DNA from: Pristiophorus japonicus
Taxonomy: Eukaryota
Reading direction: 5' to 3'
Assembly (NCBI RefSeq): GCF_044704955.1
Contig: NC_091999.1
Location: 10,106,001 to 10,170,000 of the forward strand
DNA length: 64,000 bases
Under the pieces are notes generated by a model. It was not told the origin of the DNA, made no database searches, and was given only the letters and a program-made list of their open reading frames with translations. Shown in pieces: positions 24,141 through 37,139 of the stretch. The position numbers and the translations under genes were made by a program. Numbering within the stretch: position 1 is the first letter of the stretch; each line of letters starts with the position of its first letter.

Positions 24141-25129
24141 CCTTTTTATAATTATTATTAATATTATTATTATCCATCTCATGATGTTCTACATCGCTGG
24201 TGCATTACATACTTGTCCATTTCAGACGCTCTTACTGACAACCGTTGGGCGGTTGGTGGAATCTCTGTCATGTTTCCATTGCAGTATTTCGGAGACTTCA
24301 GCCTGTCTCCAGTGCAAAAAAGCACTGAGCACATCTCTGGTGGGGCATTTCACATCGCCATGTCCATGGCACGTGGAGCTGTATATTCGCAGCTGTCCAA
24401 CAACAAGGACCTTAGAATTACCCTATTGAGAGCCTTGATTAGGGAGACTTCTTTGCTGCGTGTATAATTTCGTTCGGCGAAGGGGTGAGGTCGCTTCCTC
24501 AAAATGGCTTATCATATCTGGTAAAATTGAAAGAGCATTCTGAAGCTAATTCAGTAAGCAACTCGTAAATTAGAATGCGATCAATCAGTTTCTGTGCCCT
24601 GATTTATAACTGAGGTCTCTGCCTCAGTGCAGAGGACAATTTCCTCAGCAGCCTCTTTTGGTCATTTCATTTCCTGTTTAATTCAGAACAGCATATGCAG
24701 TCCTCTCTCCTTTTCAATGAAGCAGCGATAGTGGCCGAAACGATCAGATGGACGGACCCACTGCACAGATATTAGTTTTCAAATAGCCAATCCTTTAGCG
24801 AGGTGTCTACAGTTTGCTTCCATTTCGCCTTTTAGAGTAGGTCAATGTCGGGGGCAGAATCAGATTCTGAGGGAACACACTGCCAAAATGTCAAAGGATT
24901 TCCTCACTTCGCTGTGACTCTTGTTGTGAACCTCGGCGAGACGTTTAGCTGACATTAAAATAAATGTTCGGGAAATAAATATTTGTCTTATGGAAGGAGG
25001 GACAGATGTAGGTAGAGAGGGATTTCTGGGATGGAGGGAATAATCGATGCACAAATAGTTGGGGAGAGAGCGGCAGAGCGAGAGGGATGGACGGATAGAT
25101 GGATGGATAGGAATGGATTGATCATTCGC

Positions 25130-26130
25130 TTGGACTAGAGGGAGGTATGCAGTAGTGCTTCCCACCGGTCGGTATTAGGACCCGTGCTTTTTTCGATATA
25201 ATGTAATGATCTTGACATTGGTATACAGGGCTTAATTCCAAAATTTTCAGGCGAAACAACGTCTTGAAATGTAGTACAAAAATGAGTCCGATAGAAAAGT
25301 GCTTTAAGGGAACATAGGTGAAAGGGGCAGAGACAACGCAGATTAAATTTAAGACAGAGAATTATAAACTAATATGTTTTGGTCGGAAGAATGTTCAGAT
25401 GCAATGCATATTAAATGATACAATTTTAAGGGGGCTCATGAATAGAATGAGACCTGAGAGTGTATGTACACAAACCTTTCAACGTGCACAATTTGGGATA
25501 CCTGTTAAAAATCATGTGAGATATTGGGGTTCATTAATAGAGGCATAGAGTGCAAAACAAAAAATACATATTTAAGCAGGTTATGCTTCATCTGGAATAT
25601 TGTGTTCAATTAAGGGCACACATATTAAGAACGATGTGAAGGCCTTGGCGAGTGTACTGATGAGATGTAGTAGAATGGGAGCAGTGACTTGAGTTATGTG
25701 CAGGGACTGGGGAAGGTGGGGTTGGGTCCTTTAGAACTGAGAAGGTTAAGTTGAGTTTTGATAGAAGTGTTGAAAATTCTGGACGTTTTGATAGAGATAC
25801 TAAGGAGAAACTGTTTCCAATGGCAGAAGGGTCCGGAATCAGAGGTGAAAATTTAAGATGATTTGAAAAAAAACCTGAGGTGCTGGGAAGAAACATTTTA
25901 TTAACAAAGCGAGTTGTTGTGACCTGAAAAACACTGCCTGAACGGACAATGGAAACAGGCGTGATATTAACTTCTGTAGGGTAATTGGACAAATACTGAC
26001 AGTAAAACATTTACAAGGCTATGGGGAAATATTAGGGGAGTAATTGGATCGGTCTATCGAAGAGCCGACACAGGTATGATGGCCCAAGTGGCCAGCTAAT
26101 GTGCCGCATCATTCTATGATTCACTGAATT
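25130..26130 (+). mobile_element. Old decayed CR1 3' fragment
   Basis: Degenerate RT and 3' UTR similarity to the other CR1 copies (ctggaatattgtgttcaa; gagaaactgtttcca). Confidence 0.65.
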
Positions 26131-26214
26131 TAGGATGACGAGAGGGAGTGAGTGGATATTGGTGGTTCCGCTATCTAAGCCCCTGTTTGTTTTCTCTTCA
26201 TTTACTATTTTCAG

Positions 26215-26560
26215 GACTGCGTTATTCGGATACAATTAAGCAACCAGCAGCATCAGTACCATGTGTGGAGAAAGAACGCATGGTGTTGCCGTGTTAATTC
26301 TCCACCGACAGCAGCCGATATGAACTGATCTGGTATTGGCAAAGAACGGTGAAGGCGCCGGTGCTTTTAGTCAGCATGAATTCTGAGGGAGACGGCCAAA
26401 ATGAAGAGCGTGTGGGCGGCCGATTCTCTTCTACCCTCCGAGTATCGGAACGTTTCTTCGCATTAATCCTGGAAGGTTTACAACTGGGTGACAGTGCGAT
26501 GTATTATTGTGTGCTGAAGACCACAGTGCTTTAAACTGATGCAGGCCCCGCACCGAAACT
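26215..26560 (+). pseudogene. TCR V-alpha/delta pseudogene with weak 23-RSS (26522-26560)
   Basis: Acceptor ttttcag|; SDTIKQPAASVPCVEKERMVLPC* (TAA at 26295-26297) FSTDSSRYELIWYWQ...LQLGDSAMYYCVLK; CACAGTG + 23 nt + ACCGAAACT. Confidence 0.88.
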
Positions 26561-26769
26561 ATGGCTGGATTGTAATATATCCTGCCGACTGCGTGTTCAA
26601 TGAATGTACAGCGGTACCTCATCACTGACAGTACCAGATTTAGATACCTACAGTTTCCGGCTGCGGGTTTTTAACCTCCAAAAGATTGACTGAAATAAAG
26701 AGACATTGGCGAATGTTTCGGAATTGGAAAGAAAAACATGTGGAAATGAATTCATGACATTCAGAAAAT

Positions 26770-27140
26770 GAGGATAGACCGCGTCAGAGAGAGAGAGGGT
26801 CAATGTCAAGGAAAAGTCGACAGAAAGGGTGAGATAGAGAGAGAAAGACAGGAAAAAAGGATAGAAAGAATGATAGCGAGAGAGAGAGAGATATGCGGGG
26901 TAAAAGGCCGTTACAGATACAAAAAGAGACAGGATGAGGGACAAAGATTGATGCAGCGAGAGGAGAGAGTGAGAGAGAGAGAGAGAGCGAGAGAGACACA
27001 TGGAGATGCAGAGGAACAAAGAGAGGGAGAGAAATACAGATTTCAAGAAAGACAGAGATAGACAGACAGAGAATGAGAGACTGGGACAGAAAGATAGAGT
27101 AAGAAAGACAAAGGCAGGAGACTGACAGACACAGGGAGCA
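26770..27140 (+). repeat. GA-rich low-complexity tract
   Basis: Degenerate (GA)n. Confidence 0.8.
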
Positions 27141-28039
27141 TGTTTTAAATCCTCTAATTTAATTTCTGATTCCCAGCTATTTTTTTTAACCTGTCCTGTT
27201 ATGTGAAATCAATGTGACTGAACAAGGGCCTGATGGTTCGACGGACATCGAGCTGTCAGCAGCCCCATTGCAGAAACCGCTGGTTTAACTGCTCTGTATA
27301 AATATGGGCAACTGAACAGAGAAAACGTTCACAGATGCACGTCTCTCAGCCATTGAGGTTAGAAGGTGGAAAATGTGTGATTCTTCAAAGTGGGCAGTCT
27401 CGGGCAATCCGGCTCACCTACCAGTTACTGACTGGTTATAGCTGTTAAACGGTAAGAAGATATGAATGTGTTACAGAAATAGGAGCAATTAATTCACCCT
27501 CCCATTTTACAACATTATACTGTTAAGCACGACAGGATGCAATATTTTTAATCCAAATTCTCTTCAATACATCAGTACCCGACTTTTCAAGTGTCCCTTT
27601 CAAACTCCTCAACTGATCTACGATTGTGGCCTTCTTTGCTGAAGCTATCTTTTTACATTAGGCAATTGAACACCATTTCCATCACTGTCAATCTCTCTCT
27701 CTGTGTCTCTTTCTCTCTCTATTATATGTATCTCTCTCTCTCTCTCTGTCTCTCTCGATGCCTCCTCCGCAGTCTCTTTCTCTGTATTTGAAGATAAAAG
27801 CTTCTTCTATATGACCAAAAGGAGGCTATTCATCACCTCGAGCCAGTTCCGCCATTCAATGAAATCATTGCAGATTTGCCCATGGTTTCACTTATTCACA
27901 CTGGCTGCATATCCCCTGATGCCGTTGCCCAATCAAAATAGAACAAACACTGTAAAGCAGTTTACCGGGAGTGGATTTCGAATCTACATGCGCACTGGTG
28001 AGATTGTTTCCGAAGTTCAATGGCTCAATCTCTCGGCCA

Positions 28040-29510
28040 GCCTAATATGTTTGGAATATGATGGATATAAATCAATTTCCCTGTCAGAGAACCCGATGGA
28101 CAACATTCCTGAAGTTGCCACGTGTCTGTTTTCGTGAAAAGCTGCCTTTTTCGCATTTGTTCAGTGAAATCATCAATATAGTACACAGTAGCGTCCTCCT
28201 CCATTTCGGATGCCCCCAAAAGTTCGTCACCATCCTGCGCCTGCTCCACGACAACATGCAGGCCGTGATCGTTACCAACGGATTCATCACAGACCCAATC
28301 TATGTCCGGACCAGGATCAAACAGAGCTGCATCATTGCCCCAACAGTCATCTCAATCTTCCTCGCCGCCATGTACCACCTTACAGTCAACAAGCTGCCCT
28401 CTAGAGTGGAATTAAACTACAGAACCAGTGGGAACCTGTTCAACATTCGCCATCTCCAGGCCAGGTATAAGACCACCCCAACCTCTGTCGTCGAGTTCCA
28501 GTACGCGGAAGACACCTGCATCTGCGCAGATGCAGAGGCTGAACTCCAGGACATAGTCGATGTATCTAGTGAGCCGTGCAAAAGCATGGTCCTTACACGA
28601 AACATCCATAATACAAAAGTCTTCCACCAGCCTGTCCTCACCGCACAGCACTGCCCCCCCTCCCCACCCCAGTCATCAATATCCACAGCGTGGCCCTGGA
28701 CAACCTGGACCACTTCCCATATTTCGGGAGCCTCCTATCAACAAGAGCAGGTATTGACAACGAGATCCAACACCGCCTCCAGTGTGCCAAAGCAGCCTTC
28801 GGCCGGCAGAGGAAACGAATGTTTAAAGTCCAGGCCCTTAAAACTGAAACCAAGCTCATTGTCGACAAGGCTGTAGTAAAACCCGCCCTGCTGTTTGTCT
28901 CAGAAACATGGACCATGCACAGTAGACATCTCAATTCGCTGGAGAAATACCACCATGTCTCGACAAGATCCTCCAAATCCCCTGGGAGGACAGGCGCACC
29001 AATATTATCGTCCTCGTCCAGGCCAACATCCCCAGCATTGTAGCACTAACCGCATTTGATCAGCTCCGCTGGGCAGGCCACACAGTTGGCTTGCCAGGCA
29101 CGAGACTCACAATGTAAGTGCTTTAATCGGAACTCCTTCACAGCAAACGAGCCAAAGGTGGGCATTGGAAACGATACAAGGACACCCTCAAAGCCTCAAT
29201 GATAAAGTGTAATATCTCCACCGACACAGAGGAGTCGCTGGCCAAAGTTCGCCCGAATTCCAGGAAGTGCATCTGGGAGGGCGCTGAGCACCTCGACTCT
29301 CATCGTCGGGAACATGCAGAAATCAAGCGCAGGCAGCGGAAAGACCATGTGGCAAAACGGTCCCATCCACCCCTTCCCTCAACGATTATCTGTTCCACCT
29401 GTGATAGAGTCTGTGACTCTCGTATTGGATTGTTCATCTACCAAATAACTCACTTTAAGAGTGGAAGCAAGTCTTACTCGATTCCGAGGGACTGCCTATG
29501 ATGATGATGG
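28040..29510 (+). mobile_element. RTE-clade LINE, 5'-truncated and frameshifted
   Basis: FGCPQKFVTILRLLHD...KQSCIIAPT...QYAED; LDHFPYFGS; C-terminal CxxC; (ATG)n tail at ~29498-29509. Confidence 0.85.
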
Positions 29511-31049
29511 CCAGAGAAGATGGATGCCATCTCAACTGCAAAAGATGCTTTTGCGAGTATTGCCAATAGAGGGCTCTATGACAATAACTCTGCTCCAGTT
29601 TACTACAGACAGGTGTAAAGGAGAGGTGTGGATGAGCCAAGGTATAATAAATTATGCAGCTTCCAAGTTAGTCCATTTATCATTGCAGAATTATTAACAT
29701 TTAACAGAGTACAATTTACAGAGAAATTTTTAAAAAGTTAACACAAAATGAATATAATAATAGAGCGGCACATTGAGATCAGAACACAGGCGGTTTGAGC
29801 TGCCTGCTCTCTGTACAAGTGTACCATACGCCAGGGTGGGAATACAGGGGCTCATAAGAAAGGGAAGGGAACAGTTTGAATTAGGATGGTGAAAAGAGAC
29901 TGATTTACACATGAAATAATCAAGCAACGGTGAAACTCTGAGACACATTTACATTATAGCCACGATTATCTCATACATTTCAAAGAGAGAGGCGGGCCTC
30001 TCGGTTCTGATTTTCTCAGCCACAGATTCAAATCTATTAACTGAAGGCATTTGATTCTGAGAGTCAATAAGAGGACATATTATATTTTCATAACAGAGAT
30101 ATTAATAAACAAAGGAGGAAAACCAACGACGTCCTAAATTCAACCGTTCGCTTGACCTGTAAGAGAGGGATAATAAAAATAAGCAGCGATTTCGTGGCTT
30201 GGGGCATTTATCTTAGTTTTTTTTTATCAATTAATCTTTTAAAGATTTGTCAAACCTCTTCAGTCAGGGCTAAGTGCGAGTGGATTGAATCAACTCTCCT
30301 TTACCAGTTGACGGCAGCGCTGTCGAATATACTCAGGGAGAACAGGATGATGAATGAGGAAGCGGTTGTCCAGATGTTGCCGCTCTGTTCCTCTAAGTCT
30401 TCATTCCAGATGTGCTCTGACCAATTTACGGGGATCTAGAGGAGGACATATATTCAGATCGCTTCTAAATACAAGATATCAATTTAACCTGATATATTCT
30501 CTTTTCGTTTCCTTAAGGTATTAGGTTGTTCCCGAATTTAATGTTTAATATATATCTTGTGTTTAGTTAATCACTCTCAGCAATGTATCTCTGTTCCTAT
30601 CTGCACAGTAAATCTTCCTTTATAATCCTCCTAAAGCACAAGTTATAAAATATGGCAATTTCTCTTCAACGTCACAAGCTAATTGATTTTGTATCATTTC
30701 ATATGATCTATCATTTGGGAATAATATGATGAAATATCGATGAAGATTTACTGACTGATATCGATAATGTTAACGATAGGTGCAGATGATTACTTATTTG
30801 GAGATTGTCAAGCGGCTGGGTAACAGATAAGATGTGAGTTATAAACTTGTTTATTTATTAGTAATGGTCAATGTTCTAAACATAATTAACTTATATCAGT
30901 TTCAAACAAAAACATTGAGTCACTGTAGCTGTAGGTCAGAATAGAAAAATGTGAGAGGTTATGTTATCAGGACTTATTTATTTGGGTCAACATTTAGAGA
31001 ATGTGTCCATAAAATGTCTATTTTAATTCTACAATTGTCTATCACCTGG

Positions 31050-31579
31050 TGTTTGTTATCTGATTTAGTGTTTGCGTATGTGTGTGTGTGACGATCTCTT
31101 GGTTTAGTCTGTGCTTGTGCGTTGATGTATGTGTTGAGGATTAAAAATAAATTCGTGTGCAATTCCATATCTGTGTATATATGTCTAACTGTGCGTGTAT
31201 TTTTATAAGTTTGTGTATGTTTTTGTGTTAGTCATAATATGTATTTTTATAAATATCTGTGCGTTTACATGAAAGTGTGTGTGTTTATGTGTAATTGTGT
31301 GTTTTTCTGCCCAGATACGTGGATGTTCGTTTATTTTTAAGTGTTTTTGCGTGTAATTGAATGTGTTTAAAGTTAAATGTTTGTGTGTTTTGTGTGATTG
31401 CTTTCATGTGTGTATTTATGTGTATGTGTATATTTGTGTGTAAGTGTTTGTGTATGTTTAGGTGTAAGCATGGGTTTGTTTAGATGTAAATCAGCGTCTT
31501 TGCATTAAAGTGGATGTGTGCTTGTGTGAGTGTTTAGTTTAAATGTATTGATGTGTCCGTAAGTGTGTGCGTGTTGATG
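31050..31579 (+). repeat. TG-rich low-complexity tract (paralogue at ~48700-49250)
   Basis: Degenerate (TG)n/(TGTA)n. Confidence 0.7.
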
Positions 31580-34533
31580 GAAACATAGAAACATAGAAAA
31601 TAGGTGCAGCAGTAGGCCATTCGCCTCTTCGAGCCTGCACAGCCATTCAATAAGATCATGGCTCATCATTCCCTCAGTAACCCTTTCCTGCTTTCTCTCC
31701 ATACCCCTTGGTTCCTTTAGCTGTAAGGGTCATATCTAACTCCCTCTTGAATATATGCAAAGAACTGACATCCACAACTCTCTGCGGCAGGAAATTCCAA
31801 AGGTTAACAACTCTCTGAGTGAAGATGTTTTTCCTCATCTCAGTCCTAAATGGCCTACCCTTTATTCTAAGCCTGTGACCCCTGGTTCTGGACCTCCCCA
31901 ACATTGGGAACATTCTTCCCGCATCTAACCTGTCCAGTCCCATCAGAATCTTATACATTTCTATAAGATCCCCTCTCATCCTTCCAAACACCAGTGAATA
32001 AATGCCCAGTTGATCCAGTTTCTCTCATATGACAGTCCAGCCAGCCCTGGAATTAGTCTGGTGAACGTTCGCTGCACTCCCTCATTAGCAAGAATGTCCT
32101 TCCTCAGATTAGGAGACCAAAACTGAACACAATATTCCAGGTGAGACCTCACTACGGCCCTGTGCAACTGGAGTAAGACCTCCCTGCTCCTATACTCAAA
32201 TCCCCAAGCTATGAAGGCCATTTGCCTTCTTCACCACCTGTTGACCTGCATGCCAACCTTCAATGACTGAAGAACCATGACACCCAGGTCTCGTTGCATC
32301 TCCCCTTTTCTTAATTTGCCGCCATTCAGATAATATCCTGCCTTCGTGTTTTTGCCCCCAAAATGGATAACCTCATATTTATCCACATTATACTGCATCT
32401 GCCATGCATTTGCCCACACTCCTAACCTGTCCAAGTCACCCTGCAGCCTTTTAGCGTCCCCCTCACAGCTCACACCGCCGCCAAATTTAGTGTCATCTGC
32501 AAACTTGGAGGTATTACACTCAATTCCTTCATCCAAATCGTTAATGTATATTGTAAATAGCTGGGGTCTCAGCACTGAGCCCTCCGGCACTCCACTAGTC
32601 ACTCCCTGCCATTCTGAAAAGGACCGTTTATCCAGACTCTCTGCTTCCTGTCTGCCAACCAGTTCTCTATCCACGTCAGTATATTACCCATAATAACATG
32701 CGCTTTGACTTTGCACACCACAATCTTGTGCGCGACCTTGTCAAAAGCCTTTTGAAAGTCCAAATACACCACATCTACCGGTTCTGCCTTGTCCACTCTG
32801 CTTGTTACATCCTCAAAATATTCCAGAAGATTCGTCAAGCTTGATTTCCCTTTCATAATTCCTTGCTGACTTGGACCGATACTGTCACTGCTTTCCAAAT
32901 GCACTGCTTTTTCATCCTTAATGATTGATTCCAACATTTTCCCCACTACTGATGTCAGGCTAACCGTTCTATAATTACCCGTTTTCTCTCTCCCTCCTTT
33001 TTTAAAAAGTTGTGTTACATTAGCTACCCCCCAATCCAGAGGAACTGATCCAGAGTCCATAGATTGTTGGAAAATGATTACCAATGCATACACTATTTCT
33101 CGGGCCACTTCCTTAAGTTATCTGCGATGCAGACGATCAGGCCCCGGGGATTTATTAGCCTTTAATCCCATCAATTTCCCGAAACACAATTTCCTGCCTA
33201 ATAAGGATATCCCTCAGTTCCTCCTTCCACGAGACGCACTGTCCCCTCGTACATTCGGAAGGTTATTCGTGTCTTCCTTCGTGAAGACAGAACCGAAGTA
33301 TTTTTTCAATTGGTCAGCCATTTCTTTGCTCCCCATTATAAATTCACCTGAATCCGCCGGCAAGGCAACTGCATTTGACTTCACTAATCTTTTTCTCTTC
33401 ACATATTTACAGAAGCTTTTGCAGTCAGTTTTTATGTTCCCTGCAAGCTTCCTCTCGTACTCTATTTTCCCTCTCTTAATTAAACCCTTTGTGCTCCTCT
33501 GTTGAATTCTAAATTTCTCCCAGTCCTCAGGTTGGTTACTTTCTCGAGCCAATTTATATGCCTGTTCCTTGGTTTTAACACTATCCTTAATTTCTCTTGT
33601 TAGCCACGGTTGAGCCACCTTCCCCGTTTTATTTTTATTCCAGACAGGTATGTACAATTGCTGATGTTGATCCATGTGATCTTTCAATGTTTGCCTTTGC
33701 TTATCCACCGTAATCACTTAAAGTATCCTTTGCAGGTCTATTCTAGCCAATTCACGCCTCATACCGTCGAAGTTACCTTTCCTTAAGTTCAGGACCCTAG
33801 TTTCCGAATTAGCTGTGTCACTCTCCATCTTAATAAAGAATTATACAATACTATGGTCACTCTTCACCAAGGGGCTTCGCACAACAAGATTGCTAATTAG
33901 TTCCTTCTCATTACACATCACCCAGTCTAGGATGGCCAGCTCTCTGGTTGGTTCGTCGCCATATTGGTCGAGAAAACCATCCCTAATACACTCCAGGAAA
34001 TCCTCCGCCACCGCATTACTACCAGTTTGGTTAGCCCAATCAATATGTAGATTAAAGTCGCCCATGATAACTGCTGTACCTTTATTTCACGAATCCATTA
34101 TTTTTTATTTGATACTGTCCCCAAATTCACCACTACTGTTTGGTGGTCTGGACACAACTCCCACTAGCGTTTTCTGCCCTTTGGTATTCCGCAGCTCCAA
34201 CCATACTGATTCCACATCATCCAGGCTAATGTCCCTCCTTACTATTGCATTAATTTCATTTTTAACCAGCAATGCCACCCCGCCTCCTTTTCCTCTCTGC
34301 CTGTCCTTCCTAAATGTTGAATACCCGTGGATGTTGAGTTCCCAGCCTTGGTCACCCTGGAGCCACTTCTCCGTGATGCCAATTATATCATATCCGTTAA
34401 CTGCTGTGTGTGCAGTTAATTCCTCCACCTTATTCCAAATACTCCTTGCATTGAGGCACAGAGCCTTCAGCCTTGTTTTTTTTAACACATTTTGCCCTTT
34501 TAGAATTTTGCTGTAATGTGGCTCTTCTTGTTT
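31580..34533 (-). mobile_element. CR1 LINE with nearly complete ORF2 (APE+RT, frameshifted), present only in copy 1
   Basis: LKALCLNARSI, MGDFNL, VVYLDFQKAFDKV, FADDTK; apparent TSD TTGATG at 31574-31579 and 34534-34539; empty site at ~49203. Confidence 0.9.
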
Positions 34534-34834
34534 TTGATGCGTCTGTTTGTCTTTATTTATGTGTAAGGGTGTGTGAGTAGTTTTGCTATTGTTCAAAGTT
34601 TCGAAGAGTACCAATAACTGGGTCAAAGAATGAAGGTGTTTATTGATTTATTGGTTAGTGTAATATTCTTTGTCAGTGTGTTAATGTGGGTGTTTATCTA
34701 TAAGGCTGCGGATGTTTATAAACATACACACTTACATAAAATCGCAAAGACACTTACACATGAACATACACCCTCTCTCTTTTACACACAATCTTGACCG
34801 CTCTGTGTAAATGTGTTCTGTGTGAGATGCAACG

Positions 34835-34842
34835 TGACGTCA
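34835..34842. promoter_or_regulatory. Palindromic CRE (TGACGTCA); paralogue at 49504-49511
   Basis: Exact motif inside a strongly conserved ~70-bp island. Confidence 0.5.
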
Positions 34843-35260
34843 GTCGTTGGATTGCAACAATTGAACCGATAGCCTGAGAAATATCAGCGACAGAACAGTG
34901 AAGAACCCACAGAAGATTGAATCACCAATTCATATTTCGAATATTATTGTTCAACTGGTTAGTTTATGAGCAACAGATGCAGATTAATATTAGGCATTAG
35001 TTAACAATAATATCTTGAATAAATATTTCTTTTAAGATACGATTCCCATGCGGAAAGTTTATCAATTTTAGACAGTAAGTTAGAATCTGATTTTTACTGA
35101 TGGCAACAGAGTTCATGTAATGGTGATTGGTTCAGCTCACCTCTCTCCGGTGAGGGAGTATGAGGTACACTGGCTTAACAATTCCGGCACCACTTGAGTC
35201 GAACTTCTGGACCAGAATTTCTCGCACGATGTGCATCGACATCTCAACAGTTCTCAGTAC

Positions 35261-35279
35261 ATCCACCAGAGGGCGGTGG
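35261..35279 (+). promoter_or_regulatory. Candidate CTCF site upstream of the V
   Basis: ATCCACCAGAGGGCGGTGG. Confidence 0.55.
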
Positions 35280-35729
35280 TCACAATATTTATTTTCTGGC
35301 ACAGACCCCAGGCAGTGCGTTTAATGCCGTTTTTCCAACAGTGGTACCAACTTTGGAATTAATTAAAGTTTAATACTTGAAAGGCGCAATAGGCTGGATC
35401 GGTACTTCAGTAATAATCATCACAAAATACATCCATCAAATCGAACAATTGACGTTTGAAACTAACAGTGGACAGGACAAGTGAGTGGAAGTGTGTGGAG
35501 AATGGGGAAAATATTAAAGCATTAATGAAAGACAGATTCTGAGCTTTGATTTCTGAAGGCATTAACTGTACCGATGGTGGATATTAATGATAAAGAGGCG
35601 AAAGGCAAACCAAAACCGATCGCAGTTTGTTATTTTTTCAGCACTGGATCCTTTTGTAATACGAGTGAAGGCTGTATGGATAGTGTTTTCAGGCAGTGTT
35701 GGTGTTGAGCACTTGTTAACGAGATCCCA

Positions 35730-35980
35730 ACCTACACCTCACCCTGTGGACTCTGAACCCGGCCGACACTTCAACCTGGGGTTTTTCAACACGCTGTACA
35801 TCACACCCTGGGTGTCTGGACCCGTATCACACCGCAACCTGGGGTGGTTTAAACGACCCGACACATCACCCCAGGGGATCAGAACCCGCCCTACATCTCT
35901 GTCGATGGGCGCGGAACCAATCGCATACCTCACTCTGGGTTCACTGAACCTGATCCCCCCACCCTGCTCCGGGGCACTTT
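35730..35980 (+). repeat. Degenerate ~31-bp tandem repeat (paralogue at ~53125-53345)
   Basis: Recurrent cac(a/c)tcaccctgggg...aaccc units. Confidence 0.5.
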
Positions 35981-36566
35981 AAACTGATTTGCGATAATTT
36001 ATAAAAAGCACCGATATGTGCCCACCAATCTCTCTCATTGCTAATCCAAAAGCTGAAGATTATGGATCAGTAAATAAATCGTTGCAGGCACAAATAAACC
36101 TTAAGATAGAATTCAAACAGCTTTTTAACTGCAAATCACTGAATGGGGTAGTGCTCAAAATGGTGTTCAAACTATTGGCAGCATTTATTCCATAAGTCTG
36201 GTCCACTGTATTTTCGGTAACACCACAGATCATCACTCTAATATTATGGAAATACGAATCATTCCGACAACAGAAAGGACAATTGTTTGTAAATTGCTTC
36301 ATTTGCAGCGAGGGAAAGCTCGCTGGAGTCCGTAAATCTCACGTAGTTCTAGACAAAGAATTGCCCCCAGATTACAACAAACCCAATTAACAATTAGGTA
36401 CTTCCCGTCCAGAATGAACAGGCGAGAGTTTCATTCCAAACCCCGGTCTCTAAATGCGGAACCATTCCTCTATAAGGACAATGACTGTAGCCCAGCTCAG
36501 CGTGTTTCCATTTACTGGCAGCCAGCTCACCACCTACTCGTCTCACAGCACCACCTGCGGACACAG

Positions 36567-36577
36567 GGAAGTGACGT
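36567..36577 (+). promoter_or_regulatory. Overlapping ETS/CRE promoter element GGAAGTGACGT; paralogue at 53899-53909
   Basis: About 100 nt upstream of both leader ATGs and identical in both copies. Confidence 0.6.
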
Positions 36578-36673
36578 GGAGCATCCTGAGACACGGCAGC
36601 AGATCATTGAGTTGGGGATTAGAGCGTGTGTCTTCAAATATCCGTCCCTCTTTTTACAGAGCGGAGAGTGACA

Positions 36674-36719
36674 ATGCAGCTACTGAGCATGTGGGTTGTG
36701 TGGGGGGCATTTCTGACAG
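36674..36719 (+). CDS. Leader exon (MQLLSMWVVWGAFLT)
   Basis: ATG at 36674; phase-1 donor G|GTAATT. Confidence 0.85.
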
Positions 36720-36832
36720 GTAATTGAGGACCAAACAAATACCATCTTTTCTCTCATTTCACAAACATGGTGTGAAGCGGAATTTTAATCACCTGCCGGT
36801 CTGATCTTATGCTGTTTAAACATGTTTTTCAG

Positions 36833-37139
36833 ATCTGAGTCAAGGAGAATCTGTTTATCAGCCGCTGTCCTCAGAAGTTAAGACAGAAGGAGAAGTGATG
36901 ACTTTAACCTGTACCTATGATACCACATGGAGCTACTATTATTTATTCTGGTACCGGCAAAAACCAGACACACAGCTCGAGTTTATACTGAGCAAACATT
37001 CTCATGGCAATGAAGATAAAGCAGAATTTGCAGCAGCCCGTTTCTCTGTACTTCTCCAGACCGCGAATAAATTCACCAGTTTAACCATCACCGGGCTGCA
37101 GTTGACTGACACTGCCGTGTATTATTGCGCTCTGAGACT
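36833..37139 (+). CDS. Intact TCR V-alpha/delta exon
   Basis: DLSQGESVYQPLSSEVKTEGEVMTLTCTYDTTWSYYYLFWYRQKP...LQLTDTAVYYCALR; C23, W41 and C104 present; acceptor ttttcag|. Confidence 0.93.

Noticed and set aside
26648-27061. Ser/Leu-rich and Arg/Glu-rich ORFs
   Set aside because: Translations of a GA microsatellite
27290-27460. TATA, ATG and GTAAG suggesting an orphan leader exon
   Set aside because: Peptide is not hydrophobic, has stops, and no downstream V exon was found
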